From: Cyanidioschyzon merolae
Lineage: Eukaryota
Assembly (NCBI GenBank): GCA_000091205.1
Contig: AP006498.2
Direction: 5' to 3' (one strand)
DNA length: 64,000 nucleotides
Shown here: positions 39,195 to 51,368 of the stretch, piece by piece
Layout: each line of letters starts with the position of its first letter
How positions within the stretch are numbered: position 1 is the first letter of the stretch
Position numbers and translations under genes: made by a program
Notes under the pieces: generated by a model
What the model saw: only the letters and a program-made list of their open reading frames with translations
Database searches by the model: none
Told to the model about the DNA's origin: nothing

Positions 39195-41531
39195 ATGTTC
39201 GTGCAGAGAACGTTTATAGCTCAGCACGCGCGGGAAAAGAGCCGCCCATTCAACCCGAGTCGCTCAGGAAAAGTTGGTCGGCGGCAGCACCCGGTGGCTT
39301 GCTCGTACCTGCCCTTGTCGCCCACGTCGCCGGGGCCTGGGCCGTCGAGACCGGAGAAGGAACTTCAAAAGAAGATAGATAATTTTCTCAAGCAAGTTCG
39401 TACGAGCTTTGCACGGTTGACGCGTCGTGGACAGTCGCGCGAAGCAGAGCGCTCTGCTGGGCCGCTCCCGGCGCCGTTGTCAGAGGCCCTGGCGGCGTTG
39501 CGGAAGCGCTTCGGCGACGATTCAGCGCAACCCAGCAGTTCCAGTACGGAAGACGGGTCTATCAGCAGCATTTTGAAGAGCGCAAGCGAGTTTGTGGACA
39601 ACATAGTATCCTCTGGTACGGGTTCGATGCCAGATCTAGGAGCTGTCCTGTCCGATTTGGTTGAGGATGCGCAGTCGCGTCTCGGGCAGACACGCAAGGA
39701 AATCGAGCGCTGGAGTCGCGATACGAGCAGATACATCCAAGACCAGCTGCCGGATGATACGGCGCAGCGAATGCGCGACCTGAACGACGCCGTACGCTCG
39801 GTGGCGATGACGGGGCCGGGCGATATCGACATGCCAGCACGCCTGCGGTCCGCAGAGCAGACGTTGCAGAACCTACGCGGAGACTTTGAGAATCTCAAAC
39901 CGTACTTGTCGAATACGTTGTCGCCAGTGGTTTCGGAAGCACAACGGTTCCTGGAATCTATTCGTTCGCAGTACAATCGCTTTGTGGAGACCAAGCTCGC
40001 CGAAATGACGGCATCGATTGGTATAGCGGAGTCATCATACATTGCAGAACCTCTTCGCGGGCGCAGGGTCCCTTTTGATGCGCAGCTGGCTTTACTCATG
40101 GCGGGGTTCACTTTCGACGCTTATCGAGATCCAGAGCCACACGAGGGCAAACGATGCGCTCTCGGGGACCTTCAGACGGTTTATCTCTCCCTAGATTTTG
40201 TTCGGGAATGCTTCGAGGGCGTGCTCACGGGACAAACTGGACGCAATTGGGCGTTGGAGTATCCACCGGAGGACTCGGCTCGCGAGGATAGCAGCTACAG
40301 CTTCTACATCAGAGATTTCGAGAACGATGATGCCACCGTCATTGAAAACAAGCCCTTTTTCCGTACAGAACGCCGAAAAGTTAAGGTCAAACAAATTCCG
40401 GAATCGCGGTTTGTGCGTTTCAAATTGAATGGTAATGGAAATGAGGAACACGGGCTTAATTCTGAGCAAATGGTGACTTCATCAGAGTCTTCTCTGATAG
40501 GGTTCGCGAACCAAGCAACACGCCGCTGGACGGACGCCGCACAGTATGCGTTTCATCGAACAGTGCAACTCGCTCAGCGACAAGCGAATAGCACCGAGAT
40601 CGCAAGATCCGTGGAGCAACTGATTCGCGAGTCAAACGTTCCGCCAGGCGAACTGCGAGAATGGGATGAGTTGCAGCGACGGGTCTTGGATGAGATCAGC
40701 TGCTACAAGGACACAGAGAGGCTGATGTTCGTCAAACATGTTGGTACTGATACTGAGTTTTATATCTGGCGTTCGCCTCCGGGCGAGCCGAACCGACGCG
40801 TGGTCTTCGCGTTCCGTGGAACAGTCCAAATGTCCTGGCGCGATTTCCTGACCGATGCCAAGCTCAATCAGGTGGATTTTTCTGAAGAAACTCGCGTGGA
40901 AGGGGCTTGCGTACATGCTGGGTTCGCCGAGGCGTACCGCTCGATCCGGGAGACAGTTCGGCGCGTGGCGCTCTATTTCGTGGAAAAGAGCCGGCGAGAA
41001 GGCACCCTCTCCAGCGAAGGGCTTGAGTTCTTCTTCACCGGACATTCGCTGGGTGCCGCGTTGGCCACACTTGCGGCGCTCGATGTGACGCGCGTTCTCG
41101 AGGATCGTGGCATTCCGTTGAGCCAGCGTGCACGCAACGGTGTCCGCATTCGTATGTACAACTTTGGCTCGCCGCGGGTTGGCAACGGAGTGTTTGCGCG
41201 GACCTTCAATACGCTGGTACCTGACGCTTATCGTATCGTGAATGACGCGGATGTTGTCGCTCGAATGCCGCGTACATTAAGTTTCGACTATCATCACGTC
41301 GGATCAACGGTCCTTGTGAACGCTGACGGCAAACTCTGGATAGAGGGTCAGAGTCCGGGCAGGGATCCGCTCAAGGAGCGATGGAGCACCATCGAGGATT
41401 TGATCAAGCTGGAGCAACGCGCGTTCGAGAGCATTTTTAACAATGAAGCGCTTTTGCACCACCTAGAAGATGCCTATTTCGTCGCTTTAGCTCGAACCAT
41501 CGTGAGGATCTCCGAATCAGCCATTTTGTAA
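39195..41531 (+). CDS. Class 3 (fungal-type) lipase domain protein.
   Basis: Its C-terminal Lipase_3 domain has RVVFAFRGTVQMSWRDFLTD and the nucleophile elbow FFFTGHSLGAALATLAAL. The start is an ATG and the ORF is 778 aa. Confidence 0.8.
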   Translation: MFVQRTFIAQHAREKSRPFNPSRSGKVGRRQHPVACSYLPLSPTSPGPGPSRPEKELQKKIDNFLKQVRTSFARLTRRGQSREAERSAGPLPAPLSEALAALRKRFGDDSAQPSSSSTEDGSISSILKSASEFVDNIVSSGTGSMPDLGAVLSDLVEDAQSRLGQTRKEIERWSRDTSRYIQDQLPDDTAQRMRDLNDAVRSVAMTGPGDIDMPARLRSAEQTLQNLRGDFENLKPYLSNTLSPVVSEAQRFLESIRSQYNRFVETKLAEMTASIGIAESSYIAEPLRGRRVPFDAQLALLMAGFTFDAYRDPEPHEGKRCALGDLQTVYLSLDFVRECFEGVLTGQTGRNWALEYPPEDSAREDSSYSFYIRDFENDDATVIENKPFFRTERRKVKVKQIPESRFVRFKLNGNGNEEHGLNSEQMVTSSESSLIGFANQATRRWTDAAQYAFHRTVQLAQRQANSTEIARSVEQLIRESNVPPGELREWDELQRRVLDEISCYKDTERLMFVKHVGTDTEFYIWRSPPGEPNRRVVFAFRGTVQMSWRDFLTDAKLNQVDFSEETRVEGACVHAGFAEAYRSIRETVRRVALYFVEKSRREGTLSSEGLEFFFTGHSLGAALATLAALDVTRVLEDRGIPLSQRARNGVRIRMYNFGSPRVGNGVFARTFNTLVPDAYRIVNDADVVARMPRTLSFDYHHVGSTVLVNADGKLWIEGQSPGRDPLKERWSTIEDLIKLEQRAFESIFNNEALLHHLEDAYFVALARTIVRISESAIL

Positions 41532-41860
41532 AAACAAACACGACATGAACAGGAGTCTCGTTCCCGATCAACGCTGGTTGTGGTATAGGCTGCTATCCTG
41601 CCGTCACTGCAGCCTTCAGTGCACATGGGCTAGAATACGCTCCACCAGCACGATTTCCGGACCCGAGCACACAACTCTCGGCATCAGCGGTTAATCTCAG
41701 CCGCCGTCACCGCGATGTCAACCGCTCAGTGCATCACGCACTCAGGATCCCCGGTCAGATACAACAATCCTGCATTGCGACACACGAAACACACCCATTC
41801 AGTTGCGTACCCACAACCCGTGGTTAGACGCAGCGATTCTTCAGAGCATAGGAAATCCAC

Positions 41861-42910
41861 TCAGTGCTGAACAACCTGGGGTGAGCCTGTCTGCCATGAG
41901 CGAACGAGCGCCTCGGCGACGCGCGTAGCTGCGAGGCCATCCAGAGGCCCGGGTGCGCCTGCGGGTAGGGTTCCCTTTCGAACTGCTTCAGCGAAGACCT
42001 CCATCTCTCGTTGGAAGGCCTGTTCGAAACGCTCCCTGAAAACGGGTGCAATGCGCTCGGACAGGGCTCCGGCTGGATCTGCAACGCGAATGGCGTCTCC
42101 CGGTCGCTTGAGTTCTCCTAAATACACGGAACCGCGCTCACACACCAGTTCGCTCGTAACATTATATCCGTAGTTAAATGCGCGACAAAAGTGTGCCGAC
42201 ACCAGAGCGCCGCTATCCATCTCGAGCAGGGCCAAGGCGTTGTCTGCGTCGCCCAGCCCCGCCAGCTGCGGATACACGAGCGAACGACAAACGACGTGAA
42301 CCCGGTGGACCTCAGCACCGAGAAGCCAGCGGGCCAAATCGATATCATGCACAGCAAGGTCAAGCAGCATGGAATTGTAGCCAAGATCTCGTTGATATTT
42401 CGCGGGATACTCGGCGTCACCGGAGGTGCACTTGAGCACCGTCGGTTTCCCAAGCGCCCCCGACTGTACCAGTAGTTTTCCTCGCGCGTACGCCGGATCA
42501 AAGCGGCGCATAAACCCGACCATGAAAACTTTCTTTCCAAAGTCGCCGCGCTCAAGTCGAGCGTGCTCCACTTGTGCAAGCGCCTTTTCAACGCTCGCAG
42601 CTGAGAGGCCAAGCGGCTTCTCACAAAATATGTGCTTTCCAGCTTGGGCTGCTCGAACGATTCGTTCAGTATGATCCGCAGGAGCGGTAGCCACTACGAC
42701 GGCATCCACTCTCGGACTGGCTAGAGCATCCTCGTACGACTCGAAGCGCAACGCACACGGTACGTACAGGCGCTCCGCAAGCTCGTGGAGAACCTCGGAG
42801 CGTTTCGAGGCAAGAGCGAGCTCTACTCCGCCAAGTCTCCGCAGAGACTCAGCGTGTATGGTGCCCATCTCACCCAATCCCAGTACAGCTATACAAATAT
42901 TCCGGTCCAT
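41861..42910 (-). CDS. Gfo/Idh/MocA-family NAD(P)-dependent oxidoreductase.
   Basis: It has an N-terminal Rossmann fold (ICIAVLGLGEMGTIHAESLRRLGGVEL) and the family-typical VVVATAPADHTERIVRAAQAGKHIFCEKPLG. The track start is a TTG, so the start was moved to the first ATG. Confidence 0.75.
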   Translation of the reverse strand: MDRNICIAVLGLGEMGTIHAESLRRLGGVELALASKRSEVLHELAERLYVPCALRFESYEDALASPRVDAVVVATAPADHTERIVRAAQAGKHIFCEKPLGLSAASVEKALAQVEHARLERGDFGKKVFMVGFMRRFDPAYARGKLLVQSGALGKPTVLKCTSGDAEYPAKYQRDLGYNSMLLDLAVHDIDLARWLLGAEVHRVHVVCRSLVYPQLAGLGDADNALALLEMDSGALVSAHFCRAFNYGYNVTSELVCERGSVYLGELKRPGDAIRVADPAGALSERIAPVFRERFEQAFQREMEVFAEAVRKGTLPAGAPGPLDGLAATRVAEALVRSWQTGSPQVVQH

Positions 42911-43179
42911 TGTACCAAGAACAAAAAGCTGCGCTGCTTTGTAGTACAAGGCGAAATGCGGTCAAGAAGCCTGGAGACAATTCCGGGTGCGGGCTCTCCG
43001 CGAGCACAAGCCGACGTTCTGGCTCTCTGAATGGACAGGGTCCAGTACGGGATGGTGCCGGCTTCACTAGATGCCGATAACCATGATGCATTCGAGGAGC
43101 TCTGCTTCTAGTCTTCCAGGTAAATTATGCTGGATTCTGCAGGTTCGTATCATCAAAAGCTTTTTTACGGTTTATAGTG

Positions 43180-43669
43180 AATGCATTCGAAGTGCGTTCA
43201 TTCGAAGTGTAAAAAATCCATAGGAAATATATGGACATGGAGGTCGAGGATCCTGGTGGACCCCCATCGCCGTGCTCGACAAAGGAAACAAAAAAAGTCC
43301 TCTTCTCGCTGGCCATGGATCGAAGAAGAGCGCATGACGGAGAAGAACAGGGGGAATAGGCGAGAAAAGGTGTTTGCCGGACGGTACGTTTACAAAACTC
43401 TAGTGGTACAGGGGGCACGAGTTCCAGCTATCCTTGCGTTGATGAGTTCCACCATCGGCGGCAATAGAAGTATGGAGCTCGTGAACCGCGACTTCAAAGC
43501 TGCCATCAATATCAGACGATACGCGTTGCTAAAGACGAGACCCGCGGATCTGACGCGATCCAACTTTGCGGGACAGCCTCGCAGGGCCTAACTTTACAAG
43601 CAGACGCTAACGTCGATAGCATGAGGCCCGTCTAAAAAGGCCGGGTGGCGTCCGCAGGTGGATATTCGT
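43180..43669 (+). mobile_element. Short non-autonomous Fanzor-derived element (F2c).
   Basis: It has a 5' terminus gcattcgaagtgcgttcattcgaagtgtaaaaaat...gtcgaggatcctggtggacc, a 3' region encoding RSMELVNRDFKAAINIRRYALLK, and a tail ending ggtggatattcgt. Confidence 0.6.
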
Positions 43670-46600
43670 TTACCGACTTATGTGTATGCTTTGAAACAAC
43701 ATCCCCAGGATGCATGATGGAGATCGATAGCCAGCTGCAGGACCTCAGTTCCCTTTGAAATGCTAAAACATTTCGTTAACTCCATGTTCAACTAGCCGTC
43801 TGGGACAGAGTCTTGATCCGATGAGCCCCTCGTGTATCGAACCTACCATGAGCACCGGCTGTGAAGCTAGATGCTTCGCCAGCGCAATTGTTTCCTCGAG
43901 ACAGAACAGCTCGGCTATACCTTTGCGGGTGTCGGCTCCAGTGCGCTGCTGCTCCCGCTGACGTGATGCGCAGCTACGGAAAAGCGATGTAGAGGCAGCC
44001 CCGATGACCGGGAGCGTTTGCCCATATGCGGAAACCTGGCTCAATGCCATCATCCCGCCCGACACACAAGCGGTATTACGCTTCCTGCTGCGCAGAGCAG
44101 TTCCGATGCAGCCAGCTGCTGGGAGTCTCTCCACGAGCATATTCGAGAACAGTTACGGAAAATTCATGAAAGACGCTCGATGAAGTGGAATATGGCTGTG
44201 AGCATGGCAGCAGTCAAACGCCAGAAGGCAAACGTGCCAGAATCCAACATAGAGAAGCGCGCTCAACAGTCTTTGCGTACAGCCCCGCTCCCATCTCTTG
44301 TCGCTGCTCATGCATGGCGTACGACGGGGTTGCGACGGTGCGCACCGAACTCCATCCAGCATGGTGGAACTGAGCGAGACATTTGGCAGCAGATGCACCT
44401 TCAGTTAGGTAAGCAGAGAAACAGACAGAGCCCGCCATTGACCGCGCTAGAAGATTCAGAAGTAGCTTGAAGAAGCTGCTCCGTCATCCCAGTTGCTTCT
44501 GTTTCCAACACAACAGGTCATACGCTCGCTCAGTGGAATCGCCATGAGGCACCTGTCCGCAGTGATCATTCTCTCCAGCTGCAAAGGACTCGGAGCACGC
44601 CAATTCTGTGCTTTCCCGAGATGGCAGCACAGCGTTCGGGATCACCGTTATCTGGATGACCCAGATCGTACGAGCATTGATGCCAGAGGAGGTCGACGGG
44701 TGGACTGTGCGTTCACTGCAGCCTTCGATCCGTCTGTTGACGTTTAGAAACGGACGTCGTCTGCCCAAGCACTCACGGCGGAGCACCTGCACCGAAGCTA
44801 CGGCACCCAATAAGTTGCATGCTGCCCTTTCCCGCCCGTCCGTCCGCGAATGCACGCTGCCAATGTTTTTCGTTTCAAAGAACGTTTACACTAACCAGTG
44901 ATACCCGACTGCAAGCTCGATATCAGCGATCGGAGAAGCGTTTGTCGTCCCGCCGACCTTCAGGCTCCATGACTTGCACTTCACCTCCGAGATACTGGAC
45001 ATTTATCACGCTGCCGATACGCGCAGTCGAGCAGGTTGCCGCAACGCTGTGTATGTTGACTCGGCGAAGGGGGCGGACGGGCGGCTGTCTCACTCAGAGG
45101 CAGCGCCCCGGACTCTGCATCATAACCTCTTTCTGTGTTCCGAACAACCCGAGACCTGCATACTCCACCAAAGCTCGGTTCTCCCAAATAGAACCACTTT
45201 GCATCCATACACCTAGATCGGGATAGATGTTTCGTCTTGCACTCAATACGCTAGCACCTATGTCAGAATGAATACGAACTGGATTACGAACTCGGGCGTA
45301 CTCTATAAAGCTTAAACCTCTTCCCGTTACCGCCAGCATCAGCCTTTGCGAATTTTTCCTGCAATTGCTTTTTCCTTGCATGTTATCTTCAGCTTTCAGT
45401 AGCTACGCTCTCGTGCCCATCTAGCTCCATTGTCAGCGGTCGATGGATGCCCATTGCAACGTGAAACTCCCGATTCCGCCGCTTCTGGTTGTATGCTATT
45501 CATGTCATGGACTGGAAAAAGGTTGCGGTCTACGCTTCGCTTGCTATTTCCATCTTCATCGCAACCAGCTTCGGTGCGTCTTTTGCAGCCGTGATACTTG
45601 GCTGTGGTCAGGTGTTCGCATATATCCACGATTTTTCCTCCTCCGGGAGCTGCTTACTTGCACATGAACGTTTGCTTCATCGCTCGGTTCATGCACTTGA
45701 CGGGTACAGCAGCCTCAACACAAGGCCCTGGTCCTTTTGCGCACCAGTACCCATATCCACTTATCACGAGCTTCTTCTGGGCAAGCCTTTTGGTGAGGTC
45801 CATATCTGCTGCATGCGCAAGGGTACGCTGTTCCATTCGATACAGAATTTGTGGAACGCGATTTTGTTCATGATGAAAAGAAAACCAGAAGGGATATTCA
45901 GACAGGCGAACAAGTCTAGACACTTAGATACGCCCATGCTGCTTTGGAGCAAAGCAGTGACACGCTCTCCGCTGGAAACCATCACCGCGATGATGGAGGT
46001 CCGAGTCCGATACCCTTTTCCATGAACACAGAAACGAAGGCAGCCTCTGGGAATGTATCCCGTGATATGTATCACGCTGCAGTGGAATCATATTTCTTGG
46101 ACGGCGACGATGAGAGGAAGTTTCTCTTTCGAACGGAGTCGATGATTGCACATGAGAAAATCAGGGAACTTTCTGCATGAACTTGTGGAGAAGCCTTCAT
46201 GGGCTGATGTCGAGCTTTTTCCCTCGTCAATCCACCGGCGTGAATCACGGCGCCTGCGAGTCCCTCTGAGGCAAAAACATTGAGATTTTGAAGAATGCAC
46301 GATCCGGCCATGCATCAGGGAAGGAAAAACAATGCGGAGCTCCTTGTACGCATGTCCTGGATAATTATATTGGTTATTTTACGAACCCGGTGTTCGACGG
46401 CATCGCGAATTATCCTGATGAAGATGCCGTGACGAATTCTAGCGCCAACGGGCCGAGGTAGTTTCTCAGAAAACGCGACCACGCATCCTAAACCTACGGA
46501 TGAATCGGCAAGCCCCAAGTGCTGCACTTCGAGTCTCGAACCTGCAGATATAAAAAACAGTTCGGAAAAATCGAAAGACAGGAATAGAACGAAAAAACTG

Positions 46601-46686
46601 TGTTCTATTTTAATCTGAAATTGGTGCAGCTCTTTTGAACGCCTGGACGGTCCCGAATACCTGTAGCGTGCCCAAAAGAAGCACTT

Positions 46687-46995
46687 CTACGTCGTCGATG
46701 AAGGTACATAGGCACATCCGAGCTGCTGGGATCCATCCAGTGTCGGGGCTGCTGCCAGAACACAGATCTGGCTACCGTTCAAGAACATTTGAGCGATATG
46801 CTGCTTCTCGATACCCTCCTCACTGTACGTATACTCATCGACATCTTCCAAAAATAAGTTCACATATTCATCAAATCCCCGGAGAATACCACAGAACTCG
46901 CGTGCACCCCGTAGGATGATCCAGACGCGGGTTCCCACAGCTGCGTCCACAAGTTCCAGCGGATAAAGAGACGGCTGGTTCGCGTGTGCCGCCAT
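46687..46995 (-). CDS. LSM5: Sm-like protein LSm5.
   Basis: PLELVDAAVGTRVWIILRGAREFCGILRGFDEYVNLFLEDVDEY aligns with LSm5 ([44 protein letters not shown]). The start was set at the ATG of MAAHANQ within the longer track ORF. Confidence 0.75.
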   Translation of the reverse strand: MAAHANQPSLYPLELVDAAVGTRVWIILRGAREFCGILRGFDEYVNLFLEDVDEYTYSEEGIEKQHIAQMFLNGSQICVLAAAPTLDGSQQLGCAYVPSSTT

Positions 46996-47838
46996 TCTGA
47001 GCGACAACTCGCCGTTCGGTCCAGGAGCTTCGTGAGACACAAAAGCGATGAGCAACCTCTGAACCAGTAACTTGCCAGGACTCCAGCGGGCCTCGGCTGC
47101 ACAAACGTTGCGGCTGGAGGGTCTTGCGCTGCAGCCGAGAACTGCAACAGTTGACAAACCAATCGATCTTGTCCGGTGGCGAGCTCAGTTCAAGCGTGAA
47201 TTCCCAAAGCCTTCCAGCTTGAGTAAAGAGACGGCTCAAGCGAAAAGCTCCGTATGTGAACGAACGGATATAATGGCCTATTGGTCAGCGCTCCAAGTGT
47301 GTGGAAGCTTTCCCCAGTCTCAGACAGAGACTCTTCCCGAGGCCTCGGGTTGTAGCACTATCCTGGGGAGTTCTCGAGTTTCCCGGACGATTCGTACACC
47401 CAGGCTCTTTCTTAAACTCGAAATAATACCCGGACAACACAAGTTCAAGTCCTGATTGGTGCAACAGCACTCGAACAGCGTCCGCGGTTGGCCTGTTGCC
47501 CCGACGTCCCGAGTGCTGCACTTGCCAAGGAAGGCGCGCTCAGACAACAACGTCGCCGCGCTAGTTGTCGCGCTTTTTACCGACTGCTTTGGCTAAGCTG
47601 CTTGGACGCGGGCGAGGAACCCTCCTGGCTGGATTAGCGTGAGGTTCTTTCAATGGTGCTGCAGCGCACGAGCAAGGGTGGCTAGGTTCCTGGAACCGCA
47701 AGCGAGCTCCAAAGAGTTGTCCGCCGAGCGCAACGTTGGCAACTACGAGCCGTTTCGAGGAGTCCTGCAGCGTTTCTCGAAAACGATCAGGCCAGGGTTC
47801 CACTCGAGACGCCCTCAATTGTCTGACTTGATGCAAGT

Positions 47839-50316
47839 ATGTGGGTGCGGGGTCGTTGGTTGCTTCAACCGCTCCGCTCCAACAGAGCAACCTGCAGTTC
47901 GCTCTCGACGGGGCGCGCACAGTCCAGTCCCCAGGAAGACGGTGCTACAGCGAAAGCAGGTCGTTTCTGGGGCGGTGGTTGGGTTTCTCGGCTCTCGCGA
48001 ACACTCCGAAACACTCTGGCCCTTATCGGACTCTCAACTATCGCGCTCAGTGCTTTGACAGCAGCTCGTGCAGACCAGGCATATCGAGCAGCAGTTGGCG
48101 ACAGACCAGCGTCCGTCATTCTCGAGATCCCCCTTGATCGAATCGTCATCACAGAGGAGGAACCCATCGAGGATCTGGCGGTGTGGCGAAGGTTATGGCG
48201 TCGCCTCTCATCGGGCTCCATGTCGCCACCAGAGCCAGTCTCTCTGTTTCAGGTAACCCGCGCACTCGAGGATGCTGCCCGGGATCCCCGCATCGCTGGT
48301 ATCCTAACCACTTCTGGGAGTAACCAGGGGCGTGCTTTCCGCGCTTACACCAACCCGCTTGGCGTTCTGGAGGAGGTCACAGCGGCCCTGCGGTCATTCG
48401 CGCTAGCCGGGCAGCCGACCGCTTTCTACGCCCCGTCGTTCGAAAATACGGCTATGTACTACTTGGCTGCTGCTCACGAGAAAATCTTCATGCATCCAAC
48501 TGGCATTTGGAATGTCGTTGGATTATCGGCAGGTGGCCTCTTTCTTCGCGATCTCCTCGATGCGAAGGGTGTCCGGATCGATGTCATTCGTTGCGGGGAA
48601 TACAAAACGGCAGCGAACATCTTCACCCAGACCGCCTATACCCCAGAACATCGAGAAGCAGTGCAGGCGCTTTTGGACACGATGTACGTCACGATTGTGC
48701 AGGCGATTGCGGCGAACCGCCGAAAAGAGCCAGCTCGAGTGGAGGCGCTCATCAATACAGCCCCTCTGAGCGCGTCCGAAGCTTTCGAAGCGAACCTGGT
48801 GGATGCACTCGCCTATCCGGATGCAGTTCGATCACAGATGCAAGCGCTAGTGCTTGCTCGAATGCAGGAACGCGCAGCTGAACGCCAGGAGGCCAGGGAG
48901 CTTCTCGAGCAGGCGCTCCTGAACCCACAGGCACTCGAGGACCTCAGCGATAGTGTTGAAAGGTGGCTGCGCACCCGACCCTGGGAAGCGAACCCACCGA
49001 GCGTCGAGAGGGAACCTGCAGCCGAATGGTTCGCGGCCTATGAAGCGGTGCAACGCGCTCGAAGTACTGTTGCAAACTCGGACAGCGAAATACCCGCTGA
49101 GAACGCCACCGTCCTAGTTGAACGCATCCAGGCACTCCTGAAACTAAGCACAGCCCAGGAGACGCGACTTGGCGATGCGGTTCCGGATGCATCAATAGAC
49201 GCGAAACGGCCTGCGTCTCGTTCAGAGGGACACGCTCGCAGAGAAAGCACCGAGAGTTTGCGCTTCTGCCCGGTCACAGACTACATCGCGGAGCGATCCT
49301 TGTTCCGCAGTCGGCTGGAAAGGGCTCAACAGTCTGGTCTCGAATGGCTCAAACGTCGATTCTCGCGGACGGAGCCACTTGGCAACGCTGACCGACGAGC
49401 CAGCATTCCAGTCATTGCGATCGTTCCCGTAACAGGTGTGCTGACCGATGGCAGCGTGCGCTCGCCTTTGAGGGCACTGCGCAAAGCCTCCAAGGATCCA
49501 AAAGTATGCGCAGTAGTGCTACGAGTGGTATCGCCTGGTGGTACGGTAACCGCTTCGGAAAATCTTCGCCAAGCTGTGGAGCAGTGTGCACAGGCGAAAC
49601 CGGTGATCGCCTCCTTCGGCGAAGTCGCTGCCTCAGGGGCTTATTTGGCAGCGCTGGGAGCCAAGCACATCATCGCACCAACGTGTTGTATCACTGGCAG
49701 TATTGGCGTCATACTGCTCAGATTGAATCTGCTCGATGTGGCGAAACGCAATGGCATCCAGTTTGATCACGTCTCGATTGGCAAGAATGCACCCTCCTTT
49801 GCCGCAGTTTCCAGTCTCTTTCAACCGTTAGATGAAGAGCAGCAACAACGGTTACAGAGTCTAGTGCATTGGCAGTACAAACTCTTCTGCGAACGAGTCT
49901 CTCGAGCACGTCGGCTCAGCGAGGAGGCGGCGCAACGCGTTGCCAGGGGTCGCGTCTGGAGCGGCGCTGATGCGCTTCGCAACGGTGTGGTGGACCAGCA
50001 GGGTGGCCTGCAGGACGCCATTCGCTTGGCTCGTCGAGAGGCAGGCCTAGCCGCCTGGGACCCTGCGTCAGTCGATGCGCGTTACGGGCAGTATTCGGGC
50101 TCTGCTGTACAGACGCTTCGGCGTCTGACGAGTCGCGATCGAGATGACACAGAACAGGAACAGCTTGCTGAGCTTGTGTTGCGATCCCCAATGATCACTG
50201 TTCCGAGCGAGGTCCAGAGGTATCTGGGCCAGTGCCTGCAGCTCTTGGGGCATGCGTCGGTGCCAGAACCGATGGCGCTCTGGCTGGAAGGCATTGGATT
50301 CTGGATTCATTCGTGA
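47839..50316 (+). CDS. sppA: Signal peptide peptidase SppA (protease IV, family S49), two-domain 67K type.
   Basis: It has two tandem S49 domains. The second carries VVLRVVSPGGTVTASE and the catalytic-serine region ASFGEVAASGAYLAALGAKHIIAPTCCITGSIGV. The N-terminus is hydrophobic and targeting-like. Confidence 0.85.
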   Translation: MWVRGRWLLQPLRSNRATCSSLSTGRAQSSPQEDGATAKAGRFWGGGWVSRLSRTLRNTLALIGLSTIALSALTAARADQAYRAAVGDRPASVILEIPLDRIVITEEEPIEDLAVWRRLWRRLSSGSMSPPEPVSLFQVTRALEDAARDPRIAGILTTSGSNQGRAFRAYTNPLGVLEEVTAALRSFALAGQPTAFYAPSFENTAMYYLAAAHEKIFMHPTGIWNVVGLSAGGLFLRDLLDAKGVRIDVIRCGEYKTAANIFTQTAYTPEHREAVQALLDTMYVTIVQAIAANRRKEPARVEALINTAPLSASEAFEANLVDALAYPDAVRSQMQALVLARMQERAAERQEARELLEQALLNPQALEDLSDSVERWLRTRPWEANPPSVEREPAAEWFAAYEAVQRARSTVANSDSEIPAENATVLVERIQALLKLSTAQETRLGDAVPDASIDAKRPASRSEGHARRESTESLRFCPVTDYIAERSLFRSRLERAQQSGLEWLKRRFSRTEPLGNADRRASIPVIAIVPVTGVLTDGSVRSPLRALRKASKDPKVCAVVLRVVSPGGTVTASENLRQAVEQCAQAKPVIASFGEVAASGAYLAALGAKHIIAPTCCITGSIGVILLRLNLLDVAKRNGIQFDHVSIGKNAPSFAAVSSLFQPLDEEQQQRLQSLVHWQYKLFCERVSRARRLSEEAAQRVARGRVWSGADALRNGVVDQQGGLQDAIRLARREAGLAAWDPASVDARYGQYSGSAVQTLRRLTSRDRDDTEQEQLAELVLRSPMITVPSEVQRYLGQCLQLLGHASVPEPMALWLEGIGFWIHS

Positions 50317-50726
50317 GAGGCTGGTCAGCGGTCGGCGATCATTGCGGGCCTCTCTGGAGCGGCGTCTTGAGGGGCATTTTTTGTTGCTCGACTGCCTCTG
50401 GTATGCGCATCGATACTGGAGGCCATTTCAAAGACGTAAAGCACCCGCGGCTTCGACGTCACGACCGTGAATACGTCTGCAGGGCGCACCGAGCATCACG
50501 GAGCGTAGACAAGAGAACGAGGTTGTTTTGTCGGGCTGTAAGACGCGTGTATCGAACCAGAATTCGGCATATGCGTAGTCGCTGCTGGCATCCGAAGAAA
50601 CGACCGTCAATGCGCTCCTGGGAAGGAGCGGATATATCGCGAGACGGTTTTTCGAAAGACGCAAGAGCAATAATATGCGTATTAGCAGGGTTTCTTTCAT
50701 GCACTCCTACACAGGGAAACGTTCCG

Positions 50727-50870
50727 ATCGGCCTGAACGCATCATTGCAATGCGGAACCTGATGATATGCCTCGTAGAACCACTCGGTTATTGCCAAAGA
50801 TCGCCTGAACGCATCACTGCAATGCAAAACTTCAAGATGCGTCCCACGGGATCACTCGGTCATTGCTAGA
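50727..50870. repeat. Two tandem copies of a roughly 71-bp unit.
   Basis: cggcctgaacgcatcattgcaatgcggaacctgatgatatgcctcgtagaaccactcggttattgcc is followed directly by a diverged copy (...gaacgcatcactgcaatgcaaaac...cactcggtcattgc). Confidence 0.5.
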
Positions 50871-51368
50871 GTCGCTTGGCTGCCGTCCATGGCGCCATTG
50901 CAGCTCGAAAGTGCTCCATCTTGATCATCGGTTCAGAAAAGCTACCCATGTACTGTGCTTGCGCTTCGTTGCGGTGCCCGAATACCATATTCACCATCGC
51001 CAGCATAGCGTGTGCATTGATAGAACACCAGAAAAACTCATCTGACAAAGTTCATTGTCGTCACCTCAAAGTCAATCTATGGAATGTCTCGCGCTCCCTG
51101 TGGACTCACGACGTCAGCTCCTTTCAAATGCGACATAAATACCGATTTATGGAGATACCTCCCAAGCTGCGGTGCAGACATCACCACAACCATCTGTGCA
51201 GCTGCATCGCTTCACGTTGCCTTCAAGAAGCCTAACGGAAAATTCGATGCACACATGGAGTTTCCTGTACGGAACCTTTACAGGCATCGCAGCAGGGATC
51301 CGCACTGCTGGATCGATTCGTGCTGCATTTTCAGAGCGTTATGAAATCTGCTGCTTGACAGCGGAATT

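Noticed and set aside
45489-46025. The 178-aa ORF with a hydrophobic N-terminus and other 100-150-aa ORFs in 1.2-3.8 kb, 7.2-8.8 kb, 13.2-13.6 kb and 44-45.5 kb were considered as genes.
   Set aside because: They have no recognisable domains or motifs, and many start at non-ATG codons. There is not enough evidence to call them.
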